From: Phoronis australis
Taxonomy: Eukaryota; Animalia; Phoronida
Assembly (NCBI GenBank): GCA_002633005.1
Contig: NMRA01000081.1
Location: 375,625 to 439,624, forward strand
Reading direction: 5' to 3'
DNA: 64,000 nucleotides
Of the stretch, positions 1-12,944 are shown piece by piece. Numbering within the stretch: position 1 is the stretch's first letter; the number at the start of each line of letters is the position of its first letter. A program made the translations under genes and the position numbers. The notes below the pieces were generated by a model. It saw only the letters and a list, made by a program, of their open reading frames with translations. It ran no database searches and was not told the DNA's origin.

Positions 1-693
1 ACCGTAATACGAGGCAACTATCAGTGTGTACGGTACATTTTTGAATCGATCAGACATCTGTGGAGGAAGCACGGCATGTTAACTGACTGGCGTAACCTAT
101 GAATGGGCTCAAATGGTTGGTATCGCTGTGTGCAACATTTCGTTTGCTTCTCTTTGATCCATTTTGTTTATGTGGTTCTATATGGTATCAGTTTTAAAAA
201 ATATGATAAAAATCGTAGAGGGTCTGCCGCAGGAGTACGCTTGCAAAAGACGTCCGTCATTTTCTTTCGTCGCTTTTGGGACCATCGCGACAGTAACTAT
301 GGTGAGAGTAGCTTGGTTGCGCTTGTTAGAACTATCCACTCAACATGGACGGCACATCAACACCATAGGTGGCTGGGGGGGCTATACCCCCACTTTTTTC
401 AGTGCTACGCCGCACATAGTCTATAGGTGATGCACCACAGGGGGCTGAGGGGGCTTTAGCCCCCCCTCCCCCCTACACTTTTTTTACTGCTGCGCCGCCC
501 ATGCTCAATCCCCAAACGGAGCTCCCGAACAGCCGTGTCTAACGCCTGCGAATAATTATTAACACGATTGCCAATAGATTCCCCTCCCGTAGCAAACATA
601 TATACGATCAAGATGGTGAAGACTGAGGACCATGCTTACACAGAGAAACTTAAATTGCATGCAGTTTAGTTTCTACATAATCTAAAAACTTAC

Positions 694-1382
694 AAAAGTT
701 GTGTAGTTATTTTCTTGTGAGCTGAAATCTGGTGTTATGTCCCGTTCTCCAATTAACACTTTAACTTGTGGCATCGGGATGCTCCCTTCGACGTGACAAT
801 TCAAGTGTTGTCCTCTATTGTGTGAAAGGATTTCTAAATTCACTGAATTGTGTCGCCCACGAAATGTCTGTTTGGGTTCGCCTCCTGCCATAAGTTCCAT
901 ATACATCAATTGTACGGGCCCTACACGAAAACAAATGGTGAAAATTAATTAGATATTACACGTTGTGAGGAGATGGTTACCATCTCTATTTAAGTCAGAA
1001 GTGCAGTTTAACATTAGAAGTAGTCTAACGCAAGCAACACCAGCTGTCAGCGATGTGGCATTATAATTGCAGTGACGCAATAGCAGCAGCAGAAGCAGAA
1101 TCAGCAGCAGCAACAGCAGTAGCAACAGCAGTAGCAGTAGAATCAACAGAATCACAACAGTATCAGCAGCAGCACCATCAGCAGCATCACCAGAATGAGC
1201 AGCAGCAGCAGCAACAACAACGGAATCGTCAGCAGCACTAGCACCAGAATCATCAGTAGCAACAGTAGCAGAATAATTATCAGCACCAGCAGAAGAAGAA
1301 GAAACAGCAGAATCAACAGCAGCATAAGAAACAGCAGCAGGAACAGAATCATCAGAATCAGCAGCAGCAGCAGTAGAAGCAG

Positions 1383-1414
<32 letters not shown>

Positions 1415-2657
1415 ACAACAGCAGAAATATTACATCATCATGAATCTGCGAGCAACTTCGATCGCAAAATACATGCAGTTACAATACGACTGAGCTTCGA
1501 TGTCAGGCAGTTAGTCACTGAACTTTGGTTATAAAAGTGGTTTCTGATTATCTGCATCTCCTTCGACTTCTTGATGTAACTTCTAATAATACCATGGAAA
1601 TGTTTTACCGTAGACATGTAGAAACTGTCCAATAGTGGTTACTGCTCGACTGAGGACCATACAGCCGTAAGCTCCCCTGTCTTCTGTTTGAACATCTGCG
1701 AGCAAAGAATGAAACGAGTAAAGAACCTATAAACACCTTTAACTGCAGACGAAATAATGCTACATAGTCATAATGAATGTCAAATAATAGAAAATACGAA
1801 ATGAAGGTAATCGTATTGCCGTTTGATATTCTACTATTAAAGTTGATGCGTCAATACTCACCTTAATCCTAGATATCTTGATGGACAGGAGACAGAAATC
1901 TTCAACAATCAAGCTCCATTGTTTTCAATAACACATTTCCATTATAATAGCATTTTGAAAAGTATAAGTAAGCCCGGCATCAAACAAACAAAATTGCTTG
2001 TGTCCGCAAAACGTACGTGGAAATTTATTCAAAATGACAGTTCATGCTGTCACAAAAGAGTTCGAAACCAAATGTGGACATTTCGGAAACAAGATACAAG
2101 CATAAAGAAGACTCATATTATACTAATTAATATAATTAATTAATTAATATAATAATAAAGTATAAGACGTTCGTCGATACAAATTCAAGATGTAAATTAA
2201 GACCCAACCTTTCCAACTCCCGCTCTTTATCGTAGGATTCGCGATCTCGAAACGATGTGTTTTATTTTTATCTAATATCATTCCTGTATCAATGTTTGTT
2301 TCATTACGTTTTTAATGCTTGTTGTCGTCAGTAACGGCGTATATCTGCTACTCAACACAGACTAAGAAAGTCGTCACCTTCTCACTTACCCTGTATCACT
2401 AACTGATATGACTGGTTTTGTTCAACACCATCTCCACTTGAGTAACTGATAGAATATCGCCCAAGATCGGAATACGGCGACTTCAGTTGCTGCCCAATGG
2501 TGAGCTCTATTGTCTGGCCATTCTCTAATTTCTTCACGATTCGCAGTAGATCGCCAAGACGTATTCTTTCAGCTTTACATACAAATTTTACAGTCTCTCC
2601 TGTTCTGACGCGGTTTCTTGGAAGTTGAGTAGTTAGACTAAGAGCGTGTGTGTTTGT
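694..2657 (-). CDS. Immunoglobulin-superfamily protein, partial (V-like domain then C2-like domain); exons 2657-2390, 1695-1609, 920-694
   Basis: Spliced translation: ...RVRTGETVKFVCKAERIRLGDLLRIVKK...GRYSISY...YQLVIQ/DVQTEDRGAYGCMV...QFLHVY/GPVQ...HLNCHVEGSIPMPQVKVLIGERDIT. B-strand Cys, DxGxYxC motif and C2-type CxxxGSxPxP motif present; all GT-AG with matching phases (1,1,0). Confidence 0.82.
1061..1425. repeat. Degenerate (CAG/CAA/AGT)n trinucleotide microsatellite in an Ig-gene intron
   Basis: agc/cag runs giving poly-Q, poly-S and poly-L pseudo-ORFs. Confidence 0.92.
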
Positions 2658-2877
2658 CTGGAAAATGCCTAAAATACAATATGTGAATAATTGGTGAACA
2701 ACGGGACAAATTTATATCATCAATCTTTCAACTCTTCCGCTAGATGGCATTCTAAAAGTATATTCCACCAGCCATGGAGCAATTGGGGAACCTTATATAA
2801 AAGCTAATTAGTGTTCTTATACAAGAATTCTCTAGTACAAGAACTCGGAAAATACAGATGCTGATAAAACAGTGGCT

Positions 2878-3293
2878 CAGTGGCATATTGCATGAAACAG
2901 TCCCAAATAGGGACTCAGATAAGTTCCTTAAATCTACTGCGTGCTTGTAGACTTGTGAAAACACTGATTGCCTTTTCTCATGCGGTTTTAGTTTCATTAC
3001 TAAGTCAGTTTTTGGCTTTGATACAAAGCGAGAATGAATTTTAAGTTGAATTCTCAATGTTATTAAAATACGTAACTAAGGATCTTTTCAAGGAACGCCT
3101 CTAACTTATGGACTCAGTCCCTATTTATTTTCACGGAACTAGAAAATGCAATCAGTCAAAGAGAAGCTCATAATAAAGGTAAAATTATAGTAAAAAATTA
3201 CATTTGTGAAAATAAGATCGACACAAATAGGCGGAAGATTTAGGGAGCTTGGTTGTGTCCCTATTTGGGACTGTTTCATACAACCGGGCACTG
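2878..3293. mobile_element. Harbinger-like MITE
   Basis: Inverted ends ttgcatgaaacagtcccaaatagggac and gtccctatttgggactgtttcatacaa; a related end lies at ~48700-48723. Confidence 0.75.
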
Positions 3294-3717
3294 TATTTTG
3301 AGACTCAGTTTTTTTCTATTTTACTTGACAGGTATCTGTGATATTTCACTAGGATAGTTTGGGACGTAATCATAAATGAAAATCTCGTTGATTGAAAGTA
3401 GAGGGAACAATACAAAACACAAAACGGATCTTTAGACTTTAAATGGCAGAGCATTGTTAGCGGTATTTAACAAGTCCCCGGCCTTGACTTCAGTAACTGT
3501 TTGGCAGACGACCGCGAGAATTGGCGATTTGTAATAAAGTCGGATTACAGATTTGGTCAAAGGTAAAGAAGTCTATCCGGTCAAACAAGAATCCCAAAGA
3601 AGCTTTTTACGGCTGTAAAATCGATTTTGTCCCTCAATCAAGATATGATGGGATTCTTTCGTCTTAATTGTGATATGCTGCTGTCATGACAATGTGGTGT
3701 GCTGATTTGTAATTCAC

Positions 3718-3772
3718 AGAGATCCAAGCAAGCAGACAAACAATACAAGAGCTACAAACAGCTAATCTCAAA
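3718..3772 (-). CDS. Candidate signal-peptide exon of the Ig gene (LRLAVCSSCIVCLLAWIS)
   Basis: Hydrophobic stretch with tttcag acceptor and weak gtgaat donor; ends phase 0 and joins to TNTHA-LSL. Upstream ATG exon not identified. Confidence 0.35.
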
Positions 3773-6700
3773 CTGAAATAGTGTGTACTTTCTTTAGTCA
3801 CGGCATTAAAGATGTATTTACATTCTTCTAACTATGCTAACGTATAGCAGGAACTAAACGGCAATGCTATTTTGACACAATCTACGATAAACAAATTGCC
3901 GTTGGATTCATTGACAACTTGTAAATGTAAAAGCAAAAATTCTGCAAATAGGTGGCGTTTGCACTAATGACGTATTTCGCGGGCTCACATAGCCCGCACC
4001 ATGCGGAGTTATTGCCCAGCACCACGTCACGATACTTAATGGGACACGGCTCACTGATCTGCGGCGGGTCATTTTCGCCACAAAACTCGTCCTTAAAAAC
4101 ATTTAGTAGTTTTCAACCTACTTCTTATTCACATCGTCGCTATATGTTGTTTTCTTAGCCAAGCAATTGCAGAGATACGGAATTAGCCAGCAAGTTCCAC
4201 TTCAAGTCATTAACTCATTAGATGGCGCTACATGCAGCCCGAGGTGTACGCTGACGCGAAACTAAATGCAAAGAAACAGACCGAAATAAATGGACCCGAA
4301 CTTGGTTGTGCTCTTGTAGAAATTCGTCAAGGAAATCCACGATTGAGTAGAAAGAAGGTACAAACGAGGGTCAGCGAAGTGCATTCCGCTCTACTAACGG
4401 AATGTCAGCAATGGATGATGAGGCTACGCACCTGTCGGTTGGGAGTCTTTGATCTGCCTGTTTCCACTGACTCGTATTGGGTAAGCTGCATGCCCAAAAT
4501 GACCCAATGCCAGTAGCGTAGTCCCTACTATTTTTGACTATTTTTTATGAATACTATCACATTGCATTTAGCCACAACGTCAAGTAGTGGTGACAATATT
4601 TTGACACGTGAGCGACACCGGGTTGGCTGTAGGTTACTGTAACCCCTAACAGTCACCATAGCCTCTTCACGTTAAGATGCCAAGACACTGGCAGCTATAT
4701 AAATACATCCAAAAACCGGTAGGAGGCGAGCGGAGGCATAAACCTTCGGATGCGTCCGGAATCTGACAGACCCAGAATGTAATAATAAATGAAAAATATC
4801 AATCTGCATAATTACATTTACCTAAATGACAGCTGATCATGGAATACTACTAAAATTTATCAACTCCTGAATTTGTTAATTAAAACGTATTGTTTGCCGA
4901 CAATGAGCCGCCTCTTGGTCGCAAGTGGGGAAATTGACGAATGCGTTACAATCTTTTGAGTAATTCCCATGCTTTATTTGTGTTATATATCTTTGGTTAA
5001 AGTGACACTGGGATCTTTTCCTAATACTTTCATACCATGCACCAGTGGTCGGTAATTTGGGACGATGGTGTACCAGAACGTACACCAGAGGTTTACGAGG
5101 ATTTTGAGACTAAAATTTGGTTTGTTATTTGCATTATGTACATAAACATAGCATGCACTAACGCCGCAATAAATTTTCTCCCCTCTCATGCTCCTGTGAG
5201 TTAAAACACATTTCACATTCACAATTTATGCCCTACCGACTGGTTTCGAATCCTACGCAGCTGTTCGAAACATCTCCACAACAAAAGTAGTACAAGAAAT
5301 GCAAAGCATGTGCTCAAAACCTTCATTTTTCTCATTAGATGACAGGGAAGACCTAGTTTAGATCATGCAGTCACATATTGCTATCCCACCTGTGTCAAAA
5401 CATAATTTTTTATTTAGGTCGCTAAACGGTTATAAAAATTGTCATTTTGTTCTTTGCTCCGATCAGATCTGATTACTATTTTTGAGAAGAGCACATTATA
5501 TTGTATGCCACCGCGGAATAGTTTCAGCCCTCAAGACTGGTCGACAGGGGAATTACAGGCATTTTATTGTAAACCATTACAATTTAAACATTAGACAAAC
5601 GAGTTATGGTTGTACTCAGAATGTACTAGGAGAGTAGATCTCCGTCATCGAAAATCATGACAGGAAAAGCACAATTTTGTATCTCCCTTTAACAGTCATC
5701 AACAAATGATATTCAAGCGGTACAAAGAAAATCAGTGTATCACGAGATTTCCGAATATAAATCCGGGACATTTATTTTATTAATTTATTCTACTCGTTTT
5801 AATTTCAGTGCCGAGTAGATTGCAGATTATTGACAGGTCTCCCGGCTGCGGTGTCGCCTCTCGGCGTATCTAGCATATTGGCAGCTGCTTTATATCTTAT
5901 TAGCCAAAAAATGCCCCCGTTTTCTAAATATCCCCTTGATATCCTCATAAAGTCAACAGAAAATTGACGACTTTCCAGGTCATTTAAAGTTGCTGCTTTC
6001 CTGTGCAGTTCACCCACTTTATCCGACTGTTTATTGTTTTTGTAAACTTATCAACTCGCGTAAATATTCCAGCTGACAATGGGTGGGAAAGTTGGAAATT
6101 CAGTTTCTTGTATTGGCAATTCGGCATATGCTGACGATCTCAGTCATTTACTGAGTTCAGCGAAACGTAGGCTTGATTCTCGAATTGGACTCTCCTCTCA
6201 TCTCATTTCGTTTTGCTTATAATGAACCCTCCTCAAACGAGTTTCCTCATACGAAAAGATAATAGCATTTTAGAGCCAGTAAGTAAATTTGAAGTCCATG
6301 TGTATTTTTGTTGCATAAATACTATTTAAATTTGCTTATGTGTGTGATCATTCTTTTCCTCAAATTATTAAAAATACACAACTGTGATACCAGCGGTTTC
6401 TGTTTTTCGGTGGCTGTAAAATTTCACCGTCAGATTTTTTCTTCAGTCCTCAGTATATAGTCGATAACGTTTTCGATAGAGTTAGGATCGGAGAAAAAAT
6501 CCCGGCCTGACCTTTTATAGTCACCGTGTTAACGTTGTGCTGTCTTTTCATCGCTTTATGGACACGTACTTAAACTCCCAGTATATTCTCGGCACTCAGG
6601 AGAGCAAGAATCCTATCAAGAGATATTATGATACGTAAAGCGATGGCGCTCTTTCGAGACTTAGGCCATAGACCATTCACGTCTAGGAAATCACTTCCGT

Positions 6701-7329
6701 GGCTACTTTTTGGGGGCAATATAATTTTGGTGGTTTTAGTGTCTTTAAGAATTTGAAAAGTTATCAAGATTTGGCGTGTACGTTTTCGAGAAATGTGACC
6801 TAAAAAATTTGACATTTTGCAAAATTCGGCACAGAAACCCATTATTTAAAAACCAACAACCCTGAGCAAAAACTAAATGATAATTTGATTTGGTTTTGTT
6901 CATTGGAAGTTACTAGACAAAAATACGATAAACATTACGAAGTAAGTTCAAAAATTTAAAAAAAGAAAAAATCATTATGTTGGCCAACAAACACACTATT
7001 GAATTCTGAGCTCATATCAAAAGAACAGTATTTTTAACCATTTGGAACTTGATAAAGATTTGATATCTAAATCGAAATATGGATAACCTAATATTTCCAA
7101 TGTTTCTTCGTTGAAGTCATCAACATTACTTTCATTATAATATTGTCACAATATTTCAAATCGTCATTCAATGTCAACCGGCGTGGGGAGGTTACACTGA
7201 ATGCAGTTTTTTGACAGTCACACTGAACACACGAGCAGGACAAAATCTTGTCAATATTTTCCATAATGTTACAGTTTTTAAAATCTTTAACAGCACAGCA
7301 CACACATATCAAGTGACCTCGTCAACATC

Positions 7330-8060
7330 ATCGTGATCGTAAGCAAAAAAGTTTTGAGACGCCATGTTACTTGCGACAGGTCACACCGCTCGGATCATGG
7401 TATGCCTGGCCAAATAATAGCAGATTTTGCACCCAGCCACTTTTTTACATTTATTTTTGCAGTAACCATTTATCATGACTTGTTCTGGGGCTAATGGCAG
7501 AGTCATCCAGAGAAATTTCAGATTACTGTGTTCCAACATCCACCCCAATCCTGCTGCGAGGCTCGTATATGAATTGCATATTGGTATGTAACAGCAAATA
7601 ATTATGATTAGGAGATATAAAGGTAATTCCATCACTGATTTCAACCTGAATACGTGGTAGCATGCTCCTTAACTGTCGGTGATGAGCCACAGTAGGGCTT
7701 GCATACAAAGGGTTCAGTGTCCTCCACGAGTTGATTAAATGCTGAACCCAACTCTGGCAGAACTGTATAACAGCAACTGCAGGGTCCTGATCTTGCCTTT
7801 TATTACCTTTGAAAGATACTAACAGACTCTGAGTCACCGTTCCTGTGAATATGTGTAAACCAAGCAATGCTTAACCCTCGGCCTCGTGTAAAATTGATGG
7901 AACTTCAATCAACTACTCCAGAGTTCTGAGCTATTCCTGTTAACATCTTGAGTACAGCATAAATGCTTGCTGCATGGGCCAAACCTAAAACACCTGTGTC
8001 CGACGTTTGATGATAACTAAAGAATGACTACCTGCAGCATGATGAGCGTGCAATGCGTGT
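7330..8060 (-). mobile_element. Decayed Academ-like transposase fragment (XPG-like domain plus Cys-rich C-terminus)
   Basis: Frameshifted peptides LGLHIFTG..VSFKG.K and GWMLEHSNLKFLWMTLPLAPEQVM...CKNKCKK..GC resemble the HAFTGCD..SAF.G.GK and GW...W.T.P.AP...C.CK motifs of AcademX. Boundaries approximate. Confidence 0.6.
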
Positions 8061-9807
8061 CCGCCTGTTTATGATCAAATGTGAGTTTCGGAACACTCTA
8101 AACATCGACCTCTCCACTATCGCTTACTGGGGGATGACATGACACAGGCTTCTATAGGTGACATATATGTATACCTTTGTACTCAATTGTTTTAGCATCA
8201 GCACTTCCCCATTGTTTATGCAAGCAGTCAACAAGGACCTAATTGTTTGTGACATAAGACCAAAACTTCTAGAACTGCACTGGAATTTTCTGATGAGGCT
8301 GGGTAAATTAATTTTGTCAAAATTCTCAGCAAAAGTAGACCTTCAGAAAAATGAGCACGCAAACCTTTTACACTCAAAAGTCAGATTGAAGGATCTTGAC
8401 GTATTTTATGAAAAAGATCTATCCTGGTATACTCAGATATGTTGTTCTATTATTCAAGCTTGGCCTAATTAGTCACAATTCTTTAGATGATTGTAGTTTG
8501 ACCTGGTGACATTAAATTATAATAATGGTAATAGTAATGATAATGATAATAAGAGGGGGCATGGTTTGGTTTCACCACACAAAACGGTAGAATTACATGA
8601 TTGGGTGGCCAGTGAAGGCATAGGCCGCTAATAGCTGACCACCAACCATCTTGGTAAAGTTTTGTAAAATTCAGCTAAACACTAAGTCAACAGAGGTATA
8701 CCCTTTTCGAGGGTTGGTGTCTATTTTCGTGTTTAGTTGGCCATTCACCCCATTATCAGCCTAATCTAAAGTTCGCAAAACACTCGATGTTATCTGTAAC
8801 AACAGAATTCTCCGAACTTGGATTCCATCCTCATGCAGAACAGAAGCGAGACCTGTCAAATATACATTCCGTGTGTTGATATCGGTCGCAAAAACAACAG
8901 GAAAAGTTGATCGCAAATGTCAACTTGCTCTCGTCAACACTGTAAACACTTCCAAATGTCCAATCACCACTAAGTTTCACCAAGTGACTAATGGTTAAAA
9001 AATCTTAGTCAAAAAGTTGTATCGCCAAAAACAGTGAGAAAATTACTGTGACATTTTTCAAGAAAAAAATTTGCAATGAACAGCCGTTCATTTGAATGCG
9101 GCAGTTGTGTATTATAAATAAATTACGGATCATGGGTCAGGTTATTACTGATCGTTACATCTCAAAAATATCGTATCTCAGCGGCTGCAACGAATTTACA
9201 CCTGATTAAGTTCTTTGTCTCATTGTCATCGTGAACTTCAATCGTACTCTTTTATTGACATGTGCAAGCCAACAAAACCACGTGCCGGAGATTGAAGCTC
9301 GTCGCACACCATGAGTACCGCAAACCTTCGTTGGCTGTGAAAGAGATGATGAAACAAATATATTTACGTAGACAAGATTGACTACTCCAACAAAATATAG
9401 TAAAATAGATACCGAGCCCTTGATCGTTCAAATAGCCGAGACAAAACAATTCCCTGTAAAGCTTTGACAGAGTTTGAAAACTGTCTCAATTTCTGCTAAG
9501 ACGGCAGGCATAACTGAGGCAAAACTGAGGCTTTAAAGATAACAAGTTAACCGCAAACCACAGGATTCACGTTTGACACAAGCAAAATATGTTTCACCTG
9601 AATAGACTTATGTTTTTTTTTTCTCTCAGGAAAGGTATTGCTGGTGCCACAGCGGGTATTATAACTGGTCTTGGCGAAATCACTAGAACTAAAACAGAGT
9701 TGAGTATCGGTTTAACTATTGTATCACGCTGGATGAAAACTGTCCGCGTAAGCAATGACATAGCATTCTAGGCGTTTTTTTCGGTCGTGTCCATAGGGAC
9801 GACTTAA

Positions 9808-11227
9808 GGTAATCTCAAACCTTATTCACAAAAAATAGCCATTTTTACGATGTTTCACATGTGTCTAGAAAAATACCTTATCTTCATTCTCGGGGAACTT
9901 CAAATACAAAATATATACTGCGTAGCCAGAAAAAAAAAACAAAACCCCCTTGGAACCGCACAACCGTGTGGATATTTGTTTACTACTTATCCGAGGTCAA
10001 AGGTTAAAGGGCTTTCAATCAAATCGAATCTCCCGTCAGGTACAGAACAGCTTCGTATACCCTCAGTCCTTTCATTCACAAAATCGCCATAACATTGAGT
10101 CAACGAGATGTACTTATGGTAGAATGGTGCCAGGGAAAACAAAGACAAAAGGTAGTTTTGATTCTAAGGGATTTGTGCGTCTACATGCATACGACCGTTA
10201 GCGTTGAGAACGAATGCTACGGTCGCCTCAGGCCTCTGTGGTCATGAAACTAGCAAGTTGTGAAAAGAGATAAATCCTCACCCTAATTCCTTCATTCAAT
10301 TAACAAATTGACATTTCAATGTTTCATGCTAACGACATGCTTTAACCACCTATTTGATTTTTGTTATCCATTTCTTACTTGGTTTCGTATCAGTCTCCAC
10401 TTGACGTGTACAGGCTATGCGTATAGCAATGAACTGTGACCTATTTATATAAAAGTAGGTCAAAAGGTCGCAAACAAAAATGAGTAAGAGTTAGCTGGGA
10501 ACAGTACGTTTTAATGATAATTAAGTTAGTTACGCATCGCAAAATCAGTTGACATTGCGAGTGAATCTTGAAATAGCGAACATATTTAAGGCTTGCATAG
10601 GTTATGTGTACCGAAAACAAGTTTTCACCGAATAATTAACCGAAGACTGAGATTTTCACTTGTCCCAGTTTAATCGGATTTTTCTCGGCTTCGGCAAATC
10701 GATTTTATTTGAACTTAGGAACACGGGTTCTCAAAAACGGCTCGGTGGATTTCGCTGAACTTTTCCAAATTCCAATATTTAGTCATCAGTCTCAAAAGCG
10801 CTGTTAGGGTTTTCGTTATAAAGGCCTGTTTGTGCGTAATGTAACAAAGGCGAATACGACTTCCGTTTTTTACAAAGACGCCTTACGTTTTGCGAGTTGA
10901 TTTGTCATAGACACCAAACGAAAAAACTAATCGAAAATTCCTAACAGCACTTTCGAGGTAACTGGTGAAGTTGTCATTTAAAAAAAGTTTCATTAAAATC
11001 GATTGACGGGTTATTTTGCTATGAATGTACCTTTCTTAAAAATAAAATTTTGTCTTAAAAAAGGTTTTTACGTAAAATTAATAATGGTACATTGATACAA
11101 AAAGTATTTTCATATTTCCTGACCTTTTTTCTTTCAGAAAATATATACTTTTACTAGCTGACAAAGCTTATTTTTTTTTTGATATACGAGTTAGAATAGA
11201 GGCCACTAAATAAGGTTGGAGATAACC
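9808..11227. mobile_element. Non-autonomous TTAA-target (Kolobok-like) element, copy 1
   Basis: TTAA|GGTAATCTCAAACCTTA ... TAAGGTTGGAGATAACC|TTCA; body is reverse-complement similar to 40758-42111. Confidence 0.75.
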
Positions 11228-11299
11228 TTCATCCTCCTATGCAACATTGTTAGATGATGTGGCTGCAAACAAAAATGCTACAACAAGGGCAAATAAATA

Positions 11300-11575
11300 A
11301 TGCGCGCACCCTGCCTAAAATATAGGGGGCTTGAATTTTTCAGTATATGGACCTTTTGGCTGAAAAAAGACGGTTACCAAAAAAAGAAAAACAAACAAAC
11401 AAAAACGGGGTACTAACGTTCAGACCTATGAATTGTGCGTTCGCGCCGAACTCCTGTGGACTTTTGTCTCGTTTTCTCGGACTTTTTGTTTCTTTGAGGC
11501 AAACCTTTTTGCCCACTTCCCAAATGGGGGGCTCGTTCGATGCCCCCGTGCCCCCCCCCTCAGAGTGCGCGCATG
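11300..11575. mobile_element. Short GC-tailed MITE with (C)ATGCGCGCAC TIR; second copy at ~15200-15467
   Basis: Terminal atgcgcgcac and gtgcgcgcatg; shares cctaaaatataggggg and ctcggactttttgtttc with 15200-15467. Confidence 0.7.
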
Positions 11576-11667
11576 TAAGTGGTAATTATAAAACAATGAA
11601 AGAATATGTCTACTCCATGATATGCAAAACAGCGACGCAATGACTACAGTGTCGTATTATCCATTAA

Positions 11668-11975
11668 AGCGGCATTAAACCACCGGTGCTAACTGTCAAA
11701 AGCTAGTTTTGATTCAGGTACTTAGAGTTATAAAGGTCTCAAATCGTTCCTAGTACTCAGATGAGGAATGGTTTCAGGAATATAGGAGAACTGGCAATTC
11801 GTTACTTCTTCAGACGAAGCTCATAAAATTTCATGAGCCTAGTTTGGTATAATGACAAACTGTCAGTCCTTCTCGACCCCAGCCATAATTTCTAAAAACA
11901 AGACCAATTTGGTAACGGTAGGTGGCCTACGTCAAAATTTGATTTTTTGACAGTTACCACGGGTTTAATGTATCT
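11668..11975. mobile_element. ~310-bp MITE with TTAA target duplication (Kolobok-like)
   Basis: TTAA|AGCGGCATTAAAC..TAACTGTCAAAA and TTTTGACAGTTA..GTTTAATGTATCT|TTAA imperfect TIRs. Confidence 0.75.
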
Positions 11976-12872
11976 TTAAGTGAACTCGGATATAGCTTCA
12001 AACCAGGGGCCTCGCATCGCAGCCATAAGGGTGCCGTCTTATGAAAAAATCGATACACATTAGGCGAAAATGGTGGCAACATAGGTGAGGGGTGGGACCC
12101 GCAGACTTCTCAAAAACCATATAGGGCCCGAGAGTTCATTCCGACGTGAATGGTCCTGTCATGAGAATTAATTTGAACAAGTCTAGAATAGTATACCATA
12201 AGCGTGAGAGAGACACAAAACGGAATTTGAAGTTTCAAGCATTGTCTTAATAGAGTGGTGACCACTGAGGTTTGACTAGTGTGTCATAAATAAAACGATC
12301 AACTCATACATAGTTGTGCTGCCCGAAAATTGTCAATAAAGGAATTAGAAAGTAAAATTCAAGTGGCATCGTGCGGCCAGCGTAAAACACAGATAGCTAA
12401 ACAACGCAAACCTCCCAATTAGTTTCTTTATTGTTGCCCGTCCAAACCTATTACTTGTCAACCGCAACATCTTGGAAAAACGGAGAGTCGGTTATCGTGT
12501 TACGTGAAAGGCAACAGGGGACTCTTGATGATATAAAACGCAGGTTTGAATATGTATCCGATGAAACGTTTATGAGAAAAAATAATGACTTGAACTTCTG
12601 TAGGTAAATACATAGTCTTATGACAGAAAGTAATTTAATTTTTTGCTGTTAAGAATATTGGTATTCTCGCTCGACAAACAACGTAAATATAAGATATACT
12701 TACAAATGTACGCAAGAAATGCCAACGCCGTTAATCTTCGGAAATCCATAATCCCAGTCTTGCTCAATGCTGTATGAGTATGGTATCACGGCACCACATC
12801 ATTCCAAAGAGGTCAAGTGTGCCGACTCAACCATTACGAATAGGGGTGACAGAGATGGAAATGTTCCAAGAT

Positions 12873-12944
12873 AGTAAGTAAGTAAGTAGGTGGGTAGGTC
12901 GGTAGGTAGGTAGGTAAGTAAGTAAGTAAATAAGTAAGTAGGTA
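12873..12944. repeat. (GTAA)n/(GTAG)n tetranucleotide microsatellite
   Basis: Direct inspection. Confidence 0.9.

Noticed and set aside
1-40. Plus-strand GNYQCV Ig F-strand-like peptide at the window edge
   Set aside because: Too short and truncated to distinguish from chance.
949-1443. Poly-L, poly-Q and poly-S ORFs
   Set aside because: Products of an intronic CAG-type microsatellite; the flanking Ig exons splice around it in frame.
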